64,000 bases of DNA, from the NCBI RefSeq assembly GCF_001194135.2, contig NC_068989.1:95534496-95598495 (forward strand), given 5' to 3'. The DNA is from Octopus bimaculoides (lineage: Eukaryota). Positions 1-13,075 of this stretch are shown here, in pieces. Each line of letters starts with the position of its first letter. The stretch's first letter is position 1. The position numbers were made by a program, and so were the translations under genes. The notes beneath the pieces were generated by a model. That model did no database searches, had not been told where the DNA came from, and saw only the letters and a list, made by a program, of their open reading frames with translations.

Positions 1-1149
1 AATACGTTGAGTTTATTTCAGAACAGTAAATTAAACATCAAAGTAGTTCTTTGAAAGAAGATATTATCAAATAAAAAGCAATCATTTAGACTTTCTTAAA
101 TCTAAAATAGCAGTTATTCATTTGGTTTTGATTAGAAATACCTAACAGCTTTTGTTGGTATTTCAAAGAAAATATAGTTCACTGTACACTTTGATTCAAA
201 GACATAATATAGATTATGTTTGTTGCTCAAACATTTAAGTTATATTTCATATTTTAGTTTTAAAACCAACATGTGTGTGTGTGTGTGTGTGCTTGTGAGG
301 TTCTTTTATTGCCCACAAGGGGCCAACATAGAGGGGAGTATGTGTGTGTGTGTGTGCACAAGCTGAGGGGAACTACCTCACAAGGGTTAGTGATTTTAAA
401 GTAAATTTAAAAACAGCAAATAACATTCACTGGAAACAGACTTGGTGCAGATACAGAGTTTATACATTTCATTAAACAAAAAATAGAGAGTAAAATGTCA
501 TGACCCTATTTTCATTTTGCTTTCTGTGGATGCTACGACTAACATTGCCACCACTATCATCTTCAGCAGACAGAATTCACTGTTATAAGCTTTTGCACCA
601 AATTCCTCATTCTCTTCTCTCCTTTGTTTTTCTCAAAGACCCTCACAGATAGATATTCATACTGGGGATTGGACACATCACTAAGCAGAAGATGCTGTCT
701 GTCTCTCCTCCCCTGACCAGCACATAAATAAATAAAATAACAGAAAAGAGTATTGGAATTGGTTTCAATAGTCTAAATAAAATTAAGGTAACAGGTGATA
801 GCAGGGCCAACACACAAACAGCCCCACCCCTCAAAACACAGGAGTAAGTGACATTATAAAAACATGGAACATTAACTGAACGTATAAAATATATTTTATC
901 AGTGTGATGTAATTAGTGGAGATAGCAGCTGAGAAGATGCAGAGGAAGCAAGATGTCTGAAGGATGCATTTATTTCATTCTTGAAATATCAGTAGGAGCA
1001 TATTGTTATTATGATGGTCATTGGGACCACCATCATCATCACCTACTACTACTACTACTACTGTTGCTGCAGCTACTATTATAGTAACACCACCACTACC
1101 ACCACCACCACCACCACCACCACTACTATTACATGCTGAACAAAATGCA

Positions 1150-1320
1150 TAGTGGCATTTCTTCTAGAATTATGTCCTGAGTTCAAATCCTGTTGTGGTC
1201 AGCTTTGCTGTTCATCCTTTTGGGGGTTGATAAAATAAAGTACCAGTCGAGTACTGAGCTCAGTACAGTCAGCTAACTCCGTTCTTTAAAGTTACTTGTC
1301 TTGTGCCAAAATCTGAAAGA
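1150..1320 (+). mobile_element. SINE family C (Nin-like central domain); further copies near 6090-6300, 21960-22060 and 62150-62270
   Basis: tgagttcaaatcc..ggtcagctttgctgttcatccttttgggggttgataaaataaagtaccagt. The gagttcaaat..ttcatc motif recurs at the other sites. The Nin-domain assignment is from memory only. Confidence 0.65.
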
Positions 1321-1559
1321 ATTCTTACCAAAGCCAGTCGTCACAGTCAATCCCTAATACAAGACTAAGGCTCATCTAATATCCCTGAGTTTCATCGTTC
1401 ATTTCAAAATACATGTAGTGAAATGGTTTCCATATAAAGTATCTTATTCATTTCCAGCTCAAATAGAGCTGTGAAATATAATAGATTGGAAAGCTTGTAT
1501 TTGATCTACTAATAAAATAAATATTTATTCATAATATAATCCTTTTTTAAGAATCATCC

Positions 1560-2520
1560 AACCACAGTTAAATGGAGAGAGAAGAAATGATGTGAAATGT
1601 GAAGGAAACAAGGTCAATATATACAATGCCAGACACTTTATGGCAATTGTGAACTTGATGTTAAAGGCCCAAATTTCATTTATCGATAGCAAAATAATTT
1701 TAAATTGTTAACATTAGCTGAATGAAGGAAAAATCTGAAATGCAAGAGAGATACCAGTAGATATTCCAAAAATAAATATAAATTGTTATTGGTTAGCTTC
1801 TTTGAACACTTCAATGAAGTTAGAATCTAATGCAAAATTACTGTTCATATTCAAGCAACTAATTGAGTTAGGCCATAATTTTAGTTTACAGCTAAATGCT
1901 GATGGTAGCCAAAAGCATTTTATTGTAGACCAAATCTACATAAAAATAGTTGATTTCTTAAGGATTTATAAAAGTTCAGTTTATATTCGTCTAGAAGAAA
2001 TCTGTTGTCAATTGTATTACAAATCAATAGAAGTAACATTTAATAACCCAGGCAGCAAAGGAAATGCAAGAAAGTACAATTGTGCATGGTGTAGTAGTGT
2101 GATGGTGGGTTAGAAAGCACAGGTTTTCAATACATCAAACCAGCTGAGGTAATTTTCTGCTTGGTGACGCTAATGAGGTGATACAGAGCTAGTTGAAGAA
2201 GAAGGAGATGAAAAGAATTGTAGAAAGCAACAATTGTAAATATGGTGTGAAATTAATTACAAAAGTGGAGTGTAACTCATGAATTCTGTAGAAATTATAT
2301 TTATTGTTTCCAATAAAGTGGGCAGCTTTGGTGTGTAGTGTCAAAGATACAGACTCTACAATTTATGGAAAAGAGTATTTGGTTCCAATCAGAGCAATAA
2401 TTTCCATTTAGTAAAACTGCAAATTTCAACTGATTTTGATTTATCTAAATGGTCGTCAAAATATACAAAATTGCTCAACTGTTTAGCAATACAACCAGCC
2501 CAATGAACTGGAAAATTTAC
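1560..2520 (+). mobile_element. Highly decayed LINE RT-like region
   Basis: Only faint motifs (ELVEEEGDEKEL, CKYGVKLITK) near 2170-2270; clade not assignable. Confidence 0.25.
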
Positions 2521-2920
2521 CGATTTAATCTAGGTTGATCTTGTGTTCTGCAAAACATGGCTGATAAGTATAATTTTCAAGGAATGGTAAAGAGTACAAG
2601 TAAAATAAATTTTTAAAATATCTATGGTATGGAAGCCATTCTACCAATTACTCAACAGGTGAGGCAGAGCAATGGAAGATAAAACATTAAATAACATTTG
2701 AATCCAAGCAAGAAAAACCAAGCAAAAGATGATTATTAACCAGTGCTGCAATTATATCTTCAATAAAATTGCCTGTACTTAATATTTTAGATTTGAATAT
2801 TTTAAGAACAGTTGTACAGTATGCTACATTTACAAAAAGTCCTTTCTATGAAACACAATGCTTAGAGCATTATTATTTGGATTTAAAATGTGTGCATGAG
2901 TGGGGAGGGTGGAGTGAGAA

Positions 2921-2923
<3 letters not shown>

Positions 2924-3005
<82 letters not shown>

Positions 3006-3010
3006 GATAG
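2924..3010. repeat. (GA)n microsatellite
   Basis: Direct; it explains the ERERER and SLSLSL ORFs. Similar tracts occur at 13582-13621, 33468-33488 and 41819-41845. Confidence 0.99.
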
Positions 3011-4974
3011 AGGGAGAGAGAAGAGGAGAGGGAGATGAAAATGAAGGATTAAGGTACAAATCCGTGCATTTATAATGGAGAAACATTTTTGAAGTGTTTT
3101 AGAAACATGTTAGATGAACAGACTTTGACTAGAAACTGAAAGGATGCAATAGGTTTTGCTCCTTGCACTAAGGGGCATACTTCCTTATAAGAGTTGAGAA
3201 AACTAGTATATTATAAAAGAGCCTGTCAAAACATCCAACTCATGCTAGCATGGAAAGCAGATTGATGTTAATAATGATGACGATGATGATATATTTTCAG
3301 AAAATTTCTGTAAGTGATAATTAAATGAAAGCAGATGCAAGTGTTGGAAAAGAAACTTCTTCGAAGAGACTGAAGTAATAAGATGGGAGAGAAAATACAA
3401 TGATTCACTACTCATCAATAAATCTCTAGACATTGTGAATAACTGAGCCTCAACTCTGTGGTTATGCAGCTTAAGTAATTCCATGGGTAATGCATAGTTA
3501 TTACAGTGTACACTGGTTGATTAATAATTAACCTCATTAATGAGACAACATTAAAGAGATAAGGCTGATGAACTAATTACAAACATAGTTTATCTATAGA
3601 AGGTAACTTAATTTTTAAAAAGATATCCTGAACATCATCATCATCATCATCATCATCATCATTTTGACATCCGTTTTCCGTAACATATATGAAATAATTT
3701 CATTCATAAAGGAATGTGATGCAGGGAACAAAAAGCAGTATTTATTGTAGTTTAGAAATTACATTCTTATCTGTTTTATGCTCTTTGAAACAGCAGTTTT
3801 ACAAAATTTTGTTTTAATGGTGTCAAGCTGATATGATATTCAGTGATGCTAAGAAGAAAATTAGATTATATATATATAAAAAAAAGTATAATTCTTTTAT
3901 TTTTGAAAAACTACCTCAAATTTGAGAATGTCATTATTAGTTTATGTGAGTTTATTAAATGAATAAAAGATAGAAATATAAGATACCCTAATATCTAATT
4001 TGGTAACCTCTATTACTGACAATGTTAACCTCTTCAGATTCCGATGCCTAAGTGTATATTGAATGAGGTGGGGAAGAGAATTTTTGCTAAATCAAGTTGA
4101 AAACTGAAAGCTAAGGAATTTCACTTGCAGACCTTTTCTTCTTTTTTTACTCAATTACTAACATGGATTTCTCACTTCAGTGGATAAACCACATTGATAA
4201 CAAGACCCAGATTTAATGTGAAATACAAGCAAAATCTTGTCCTTAGTTACAGCTCCACAGATTTGTTTCTACAAAAGTGATGGAAAATTATTGAAACCTG
4301 GAATGGTATTTGGATTATACAAGAAGGTAACTTTGATGAAAGAATTAAAAAGTCCAAGTTATACAGAAAGGAAGATTTAACATAATTTCTCTTAGAAGCA
4401 GTTAGCGTTTGGATAAATGTTTCAAGTTTAATTCCATTTAAGTTATTGACCAATCAATAGACAACAAACCTATCACTCTTTAAAAAAGAAATTGTTAACA
4501 TAATAGTAGAATATTAAGGTAAAAGATATATATTTTTTTAAAAAGTACTATTTGATAGAATGTAAATTAACGGAAAATAAAAATTAAAAAAGAACATAAA
4601 AGAAATGAAATTATAGATAGTAAAAAAAAATCTAAATATGATGTGAAACATGATAAAGTCAAAATATGTATTTACAACAATTCTGATAGATATCTAATAT
4701 AATTTTGTTTTAAATAGTCAAATATCACTGAGTGTTTTTGTCTAAAACCAGATAATATTCTCACTGGAATAAAGAAGACATTCAAACCATTTGCAAATTT
4801 TGCATTCTGAAAAGAGATTAGCCTATTTTTCTGACAATAATATGCAAAGTATATCTATAATATTTACATGTCAAGATACACATAATATTATGTGATGAGT
4901 TAGAAATACTTGTGAAAATGTCAGCAACTCAATTATATGGTTTCTCATAAAACAAACATTTTCAAAGATTAGAT

Positions 4975-5170
4975 GTTGCTTAGCCCTAGGTCAGCTTTAA
5001 TCCAGAGCTCTATGATCAAAAGGCAGTTTAGCTATGACCATATTGCTGTTTTCTTAGGCTTTTTTTTTTTTTTTTTTCAGATCTAAAACATTATTGTCTT
5101 TCACTTTTTAAGATGGTGAGGTGTGGTTTGAAAAGGATTTGGCTGCTATTTTTGGCAGGAAAAATAACTG
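4975..5170. repeat. Unclassified interspersed repeat (related copies near 5270-5490, 18785-18905 and 21400-21530)
   Basis: Shared motifs ..atgacc(a)t..ttttaagatgg..gtgt..atttggctgctattt. Confidence 0.55.
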
Positions 5171-5614
5171 TGCAGGGACACCCTCACTGACTCATTGATG
5201 ATCGGTTGTTTGTTTATGCTTCTAATATATTCTTTTTAATCTTTCAGTTTCAGACAATGCACCATTAAATAGAACTAACTCGTGAACATTGTCAATCAAC
5301 TTAACAATTGCACCCAAATCTCCCTCAGACTACATTTTACTGAATTAAAATAGCAACAACGATAATAACAACAGCAACATATCGGATGAAATAGTTAAGA
5401 AGAGAATATTATTCCACGCAACCAGTCAAAGAAAGACAGAAATGAAAGGGTCATGGTTGGAAAGCTTTTGATCACAGGTTCAGGTGTGATTACTTAAGGC
5501 TCACAGGTGGAATAAACTACAACATTGGAAATTTTAAAGGTTTTAATTCAAAATTATTTCAGGGAAAACAAACCTGAAAAATTATTAAAGTTGTAGTTTT
5601 ATCTCTTATATTTT

Positions 5615-6020
5615 CTTATTTCAGTCATTTGACTGTGGCCATGCTGGAGCACTCCATCGAAGGGTTTTGATTAAAACAAATTGACTCCAGTACTTATTTG
5701 TAAGTCTGGTACTTATTGTGTCAGTCACTTTTGCTGAACCACTAAGTTACAGGGATAGAAACAAACCAACATTGGTCATTAAGTGGTGGTGTTGTACAAA
5801 CACAAGAACACAAAAGCAAATACGGACACATGTATACAGACACACACACATGCACGTTCACACACACACACACACACTCACTATTTCCGTCTACCAAATT
5901 CACAAGGGTTTGGTTGTCTCAGGGCCATAGTAGAAAACACTTGCCCAAAGTGCCACGCAGTGAGACTGGACCCCAAATCACGTAGTTACAAAGTAAGTTC
6001 CGCCAGCCACATGGCCATAA
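5615..6020 (-). mobile_element. Full-length tRNA-type SINE, family A (~400 bp, internal CA/TG microsatellite)
   Basis: tttcagtcatttgactgtggccatgctggagcac..ttttgctgaaccactaagttacaggga..(CA)n..ttccgtctaccaaattc..cacttgcccaaagtgccacgcagtg; related to the copies at 6398, 33880, 39880 and 45180-45835. Confidence 0.85.
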
Positions 6021-6397
6021 TTGGATTTTATTTTTGAAAGAAATATGTTTTGCTTTCAGTGTGTTCCATATTTGAACACTACCAACTGATGCTGTGTGGG
6101 CAATGAGCTGGCAGAAATAGTGGCAAACTGAACTTCAATGCCTTCTGCTGTTTTGATTCATCCTTCTGTGATTGACTTTGTCTTTCGTTCTCTCAGGTTT
6201 GATAAAATAAGTCTGGATAATAGAGTGAGGAGCAATTCTCTCTTAGCTGTACCAGTCCTACGCTGTGAAAATTGATTTTATGTGAAGTTGTTTCCTTACG
6301 TTAGCTTCAGGCCACACATTTGTTGAGGGAAGAATAGAGGTGATTGAGCTGGTCGCATACAACTGATGTCTTTTTTTTATTTTCTTTTTCCTTTCTT

Positions 6398-6800
6398 CTA
6401 GTGGTTTCAGTTATTTGATAGTGTGGCCATACTGGTGCACTGCTTTTAAGGACTTAATCAATTATGTCAACCTACCACTTATTTCAGTCAAGTATTTATT
6501 GTATCGATCTGTGTTTGTGGAGCCATTAAATCATGGGACACAAAAGTGCACAACACAAACCGCACCAGTTTTTAGATAAACAGACCACAGACACAATCGT
6601 GTGTGTGTGTGTGTGTGTGTGTGTCTGTGTGTGTGTTTGGCATCTGCACAATTTCTCTCTACCAAATACCACTCATGAGATATTTGGTCAACTAGAAGCT
6701 ATATTAAAAGACACTTGCTTTAGATACCACTCAAAAGAGTTGAACCTGGAATCACATTGCAAAACTATCATCTTAACCAAATTGCACCTCAGTGCCTGAT
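6398..6800 (-). mobile_element. Older family A SINE copy
   Basis: Same motif order as 5615-6020 but more diverged; internal (TG)n. Confidence 0.7.
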
Positions 6801-7761
6801 AAATATTTTAGCAACACTGGTAAGTTACAAGATTCTGATGGCATAGAGCACTTAGTGAAGGACTCTACCATTTCAAACATTCCACTTACTCCATTTGTGC
6901 CTAATTAAAAAAGAATGATCTGATTATAATTTCTTCATAATTAATCACATCTTTAGAGATGAAACACTTTTGTAATATTTACATCTACACTATAGAAACT
7001 ATGTCAAAGCAAATATTGAAACTGGGTGCAATCTTCTGGTTTGCCAGCTCATGTCCAACCATCCAACCCATGCCAGCACAGAAAACAGATGTTGAAGGAT
7101 GATAGACCTTTTCTTCAGTTTGGTCTTATTCCTCAATATGTAAAAAGTATGAGACTGAATTTGAACTAGAAACCTCAATTTCTAAACTAAGAGTAGTAAT
7201 GCCGACCACAGCTGTATGCGGATAAGTGAGTTACTAGTTACATAGTGAATATGGGTATTATTAGTAACATAGTGGATAAATGTATTACTAGTGGCTGTAC
7301 ATAAAGATGTTATAACCATCAATTATCAATTTAAGATACAGGTTTATAATGCAAAAATCCAGTTTGGTACAAGGTACACATCCAGGAATAAGACACCTGA
7401 AGACAATTAGAGATCAAACAAATTGAAAAGTAGTGTGGGTGTAAATATTAGAAAAGGTTTCTTATCTAAAAATGAGTTTATAATCTGACTGAGATAGTAT
7501 AATGTTATGATTCTAATCTTAACAATTCATCTCAGAGATTTAAAACAGGATAAGTGTACTTCAATGTATCCTTCATTATATGAGTACATATTAGATAAGT
7601 AAATATACTTCTAGTAGGCATTACTACCTGTCTTTATCAACTACAATCCAGAATAAATTTTTAGACTTGTTGACTCTAAAATACTCAAAAAGTTAATTCT
7701 GACAAGGCTATTCTTATAAATATCAATGCAGTATAGCACTAGGAGTAGGCAGAGGACGTCT

Positions 7762-8060
7762 CATCATCATCATCATCATCATCATTTAACATTCCATGCT
7801 GGCATGGGTTGGACAGTTTGACAGGAGCTGATAAGGCCAGGAGCCAGACCAGGCCTTGCATCTGCTTGTTTTGGCAGGGTTTCCACGGCTGGCTACTCTT
7901 CTTAACCCCAACAACTTCACAAAGTACACTGAGTGCTTTTTATATGGTATCACGACCAGCGCTTTTTATGGGGCACCAGCACTGGCACTTTTTACATGGC
8001 TCCAGCACTGGCACTTTTTATGTGGCACCAGCACCAACAGGGTCACGAAGCAACTTGCAA
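7762..8060 (-). mobile_element. (GAT)n-tailed family copy
   Basis: Starts with (CAT)n-ttaacattccatgctggcatgggttggacagtttgac, the reverse of the 46947 terminus, and has an internal tandem module. Confidence 0.8.
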
Positions 8061-8802
8061 GACAAAATCCCCCTCAACTGGGAGGGAGTAGTAGTGAGAG
8101 GAGGCAATGGAAAATATATTTGAATTACCAAGTAAACAATTTTAAATTCAAGTTAAAGCAACAAAAAATTTGAGGAAGTGCAAACACTAAAACATAAAAC
8201 ATCAATGTTGAATATAAAAGGAAAACAACAATTGTATATATAACAAGTGACAGCACAAAACTTGGGAGTTACTTACAACAATTATAAACATGAAGGAGTA
8301 AATGAGCAATGAACACAGAAAGTGCAGGTATGATGATGATGAAAATGCCTCATCATCATCATCATCATCATGCTCACTTAGTCAGCCTTTTTATAAACAA
8401 AGACTGACTAAATATGGTAAAGTTATAGCGAAGTTTTACAATAATAAAAATGTCACTCTAAGGAATAAATTATAATTGAAGCATATTTGAAAACTGCTAT
8501 GCAATAGAAAATGGAATAAAATTGACTATTCAATTGGAATGATTAGGATATCCTTTCTAAACAAGTCAATAAATGGCCATCACTATTTATAGAAGACAAT
8601 AAAAAGGAACAGCTACTAGATAATAAATACAGCTTTTGTTTTATTCTTGTGAACAATTCTTGAGTAAAAGTCGAGACAGAGAAATTTCATAAACTCAAAA
8701 TTATGTTTATGAAGTTACTTGAGTTTTAAAAATCAAATTAACATGCTAAAAAATACTAGTCATTATTTTCAATTTATATATATATATATATATACATATA
8801 TC

Positions 8803-8912
8803 ATCATCATCATCATCATCGTTTAACGTCCGCTTTCCATGCTAGCATGGGTTGGACGATTTGACTGAGGACTGGTGCAACCGGATGGCTACACCAGGCT
8901 CCAATCTAATTT
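8803..8912 (-). mobile_element. Short young (GAT)n-tailed family copy
   Basis: About 100 bp with 4 mismatches to the reverse complement of 47150-47248. Confidence 0.85.
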
Positions 8913-9139
8913 GGAGCAAGAAGACAAACAAAGACTTTTAACACATCTTAAATGATCAGTCACAATTGTTTCTGTACCAACTCTGCTTTCATAAATTCCA
9001 AGTGAAAATTTACATAATATTTGAGCTTTAAACATTTGGGTGGCACTTCTGCAGACCAGATCTTACATTGTGCATCTGCCAGGCTTCACTGTAGGGCAGG
9101 TTATACATACACGCATGTGCATGCGTGTGCGCACACACA

Positions 9140-9350
9140 CACACACACACACACAGTGGCACTCTATCTGTTATGACAACAAGGATTGCAGTTGATCCAA
9201 TCAATGGAATAGCCTGCCCATGAAATTAACATGCAACAGGCTGAGCACTCCACAGACATGCATACCCTAAATGTGGTTCTCAGGGAGATTCAGTGTGACA
9301 ACGTGTCACTGGGAATTGAACTCACAATACCCTAACCACTAAGTCACATG
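9140..9350 (-). mobile_element. Family B SINE partial copy
   Basis: atcaatggaatagcctgcccatgaaattaacatgcaacaggctgagcactccacagacatg..gggagattcagtgtgaca matches the 25640-25745 segment. Confidence 0.75.
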
Positions 9351-11380
9351 CTTTGACCACACACATAAATAATTGAAGAAAATGTTTTATGATGTTTTAA
9401 GCCTTAAGTCAATAATTAAGTGTTATTTGCATTAATTGTATTTATCAATGCTGAAGAAGTCAGAGCAATATATGAAGTGTCATGGCCTCAGCACAACCTG
9501 AACTTACGAGACACCCTAAAAATTAGAAACAATATCTTTTTCAAACTTGCTCATTTAATGGCATACATTCTTAGAAGATTTAATAGTCATTTATGCATTT
9601 GCTTAACCTATTCAACCTATATTGGTGAAGACTGATCGGTTACTTATTTGAAGCAGCAGTTTTATAGATGGGTGCTCTTCCTGTTGACAACCTTTACGTG
9701 GCTTAGAAGTAACGGAGTCATTATTCCACAATTTTGAAAGTGCAGAGTTAAAGGACAAACTGTTCACTGTGACACTATTTTTTGCAAAGACAATCTCATC
9801 AGAAAAGCAACAACAACTTTCACATACACAACAAACACATACATGTATGTATGTGTGCACATGCAATGGACCTTCAAGTGGTTTCCCTCTACGAAGGTGT
9901 TGGGTGGCTCAAGGTGATACTAAAAGACATTAGCCCAAAGTGCTGAGCAGAGAGGCATGAAACTAAGAACCTGTGGTTGAGTGAAACAAACTCCTTGACC
10001 ACCTGAATTGACTACATTTTCAAAATGTGGTCATAAAACTAAACATTAGCTACATGTAATACAGTACAGAAACAAATTCCAGTTTATAAAATGAATCAAC
10101 TACTACAGGTAAAAAGATAGGTTATTATAATGTTTATGGACAAGTGAGAATGGCAAGTAAGATAAGAAGAGAATATACATAGAGGGATACAAAGGGAATA
10201 TCTTTAAGATGTTTTATCTTCCTGGTGTTTATAATAAACTATAATGTTTTCTCCAAAAACTATTTTTACTTGATAATGAAGAAAAGAAAAGCTATCAAAT
10301 TAGGTTTAATAGACAGGGAAAGAGAAAAATGGAAAATTGCACATTTTCCTCTGGTTAAGTAGTATTGAGAACAATTTTTAGACATCTCAGATAAAGCTGA
10401 TTGGATTAAATTTTTTGAAATAAAACGAAACAATTTTAATAGATAAAATTGTGTTAGGAAGGAGTTAAAAACCCATTTAACATTTAATAGACAATAATGT
10501 ATGTCTTCTTTTGGAAATATTATACAAATGAACATTGTGTCTTGCAATCATCAAAGAACTTCATTATCTCTTGGATTTAAAATAGGTTATTTTCCCCAAA
10601 ATGAAAGTCAAAAGCAGAAAAATTTTGACTAAAAATTAATGTGATAGGATTTAGGAAGTTAGATCAATATCTTCTAATTGTATAGGTTTTTTTTTCTTAA
10701 AAGATGCAGTCTTGGGGGATGGGGAGAAAAATTTTACAATTAGGTGTATTTCCTATAAAGTCATTTTCTACAAGATACAAGTATAGTCAATATTCGTGAA
10801 AAACTTAGAAAAAAAAAATGTTTTCTTCAGATTTTCAATTTTCACATGAATAAATAATGCAGTGTGCAGTAAAAATAATGTCTTACAAGGAGCTAATATT
10901 AAGAATAGCTAAAGTTAAAATACTCAAATGTTTAGTTAAAACAAAGCTTCTAGTTAATTGAAGTCCAATTACCAGCTTAGAAATAGCCAATAACAATAAA
11001 TAAAAGGAACAAGTATCACAAATATATGTTGTAATTGTCAATTAATTTTCCTTTGTAATTGCATATAAAAGAAAAAAAAAAGTTTCATATGAGAGATGTA
11101 TGTTAGAAACAGATATACACAGATAAATGCATGTGTACGTACACACACACACACACACTTTACTTCGATTGCACCTTTGAATTTTTTCAGTTATTTTCCT
11201 AGTCTTTCCTCCTCTCTTTCCACTCTAGACCCTTCTCTAAAGAAGGACAATATCTGGAGCATCATTTTAATTAACTCTTCCCAATTCTCTAAGCATCAAA
11301 CTTATTCCATCTTATTGATTTTTGTGTTCTTTTGTCAGATGCATGCCTCTTCCACCTCTCTTCCCTACAGAATGGAATAG

Positions 11381-11381
11381 A

Positions 11382-11443
<62 letters not shown>

Positions 11444-11490
11444 CAATGATGATGATAGCAACAACGATTTATCATGACGATGATGATGAT
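11381..11490. repeat. (GAT)n microsatellite with degenerate extension
   Basis: Direct. Confidence 0.98.
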
Positions 11491-11739
11491 AAATGTAATT
11501 TTTGATTTGAATAATTGATTAATGCAATGACTACAGCCCCAAAAGAGAAAAGTCCTTCGAAAAAAGAAAACAGGTTAAAATTAATGTTAAAAACATGAAG
11601 AATGAGTTGAAACCAAGTGTAAGTGGAATAATTCTTACCATTATGAAATCTCTCTCTCCTTATCACCATAAAGTACAGTCGTCAAATATGATAAAGATGC
11701 ATGACTAATACACTTAGAAGTACTTTTTGAAGCACACAC

Positions 11740-11934
11740 ACTGTATGACTTTACTGTATGACTATACTGTATGACTTTACTGTATGACTTTACTGTATGA
11801 CTTTACTGTATGACTTNNNNNNNNNNNNNNNNNNNNNNNNNNNNNNNNNNCACTGTATGACTTTACTGTATGACTATACTGTATGACTTTACTGTATGAC
11901 TTTACTGTATGACTTTACTGTATGACTTTACTGT
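11740..11934. repeat. 13-bp minisatellite (ACTGTATGACTTT)n spanning a 34-N gap
   Basis: About 6 units on each side of the gap; each side has one ACTGTATGACTAT variant as its second unit. Confidence 0.95.
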
Positions 11935-12799
11935 CATTTAAGCACAAACCTTTTGTTTTATGAAAACATATTCAAATTTACCTTCTCCAGAGTTCATGGC
12001 ATTGTCTTTTCATTATTTCTCGTACATTTATTACCTCATTTCATTCTTCTTGATTGGCACACCCAGCCTGCACTCTAATGCAGTTACTCAGCCTATCTTT
12101 AATATTCAATTGCCAGTCGACCAATTAACTATGATATTTGATCAAGTTTTTATCTCATTTGCTTTCAGTTGTATGACCTAATTTCAGTAATTCCCAACTC
12201 TCACAAACCTAATTTAACATGTTTTAATTATAGTAAACTGCATGAACTCTAAAGCCATTCTACCCTTGATGTTTAGAGACTATTAATATGACATTCCAAG
12301 TCCCATTCAAAATTTATAACACTTAAGAACAAAATTCTAAATGAAAATATTTAGAAGCTGTTAATGTCACATTAAAAATGTATTCTGCTTTTTTTTTCTG
12401 ATATTCTTTTATTCAGTCTTTGAACTACAACCATTCTTGGGTGCTGCCTTCAAACTGATTGTATCAACACCAATATGTTGTCAAGAACTTATTTTAATGA
12501 TTTTTTTTTCATACGATGACTCAGTTCACCTTTGGCATTAAATGATGTAACTCACACTACAAGAGTTTTGTTTGTTAGATGAAACAATTAACAAACGCAC
12601 ACACACACACACATGTAACCTCTTAACTTTCCCTAGCATACTCTTGTTTCTTTGTCTCTGCATCTTCTGCAATCACCCTGCCTCCAACCTCATCTACTGG
12701 TCATATTGTACTGAATAAACAGAGACAGTATAGAGAGAGGAGAGCTGTTTTGTCTTGTAGGCTGCAAAACAAAAGGTTTCCTATAATCTTGAACAGACC

Positions 12800-13075
12800 T
12801 TTCAGTCTTGTCTTGTTAAATACAGAGCAACCTCCCCAGTGCTGGTGCTATGATATGAAATGCACCTAGAACATTCTCTAGGGTGTTTGACATTAAGAAG
12901 GGCAAATAGTCATAGAAATCAAGCCAGAAATAACATATATGGGTAAGCTGTGCCTCCAACAGCTTCATCTAAACAGGCAACAACATTGAATAAGAACTGA
13001 CCCATCCAACACACCCCAATATGGAAAGTGGATGCAAAATGATAATGATGATGATGATGATGATGATGAGGAGGA
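12800..13075 (+). mobile_element. Diverged (GAT)n-tailed family copy
   Basis: ttaagaagggc..catccaac..atggaaagtggatgcaaaatgataatgatgat; the tail runs into (GAG)n. Confidence 0.6.

Noticed and set aside
643-843. ORF 643-834 (-) and a + strand donor GGA|gtaagt at 843
   Set aside because: No recognisable homology; the + frame is closed by a stop at 725-727 with no acceptor after it.
4038-4326. Two + strand exon-like units (IPMPKCILNE, 4038-4067; ICFYKSDGKLLKPGMVFGLYKK, 4261-4326)
   Set aside because: Phases are compatible but the donors are modest, the peptide is unrecognised, and no further + exons chain convincingly. Cannot be distinguished from chance without RNA data.
7340-7408. Minus-strand terminal-exon-like stretch VSYSWMCTLYQTGFLHYKPVS*
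   Set aside because: It has only an acceptor and a short frame, and does not resemble the RXYLT1 C-terminus as recalled.
11740-11934. Regular short repeats suggesting a CRISPR array
   Set aside because: Head-to-tail 13-mers with no unique spacers, in eukaryotic DNA.
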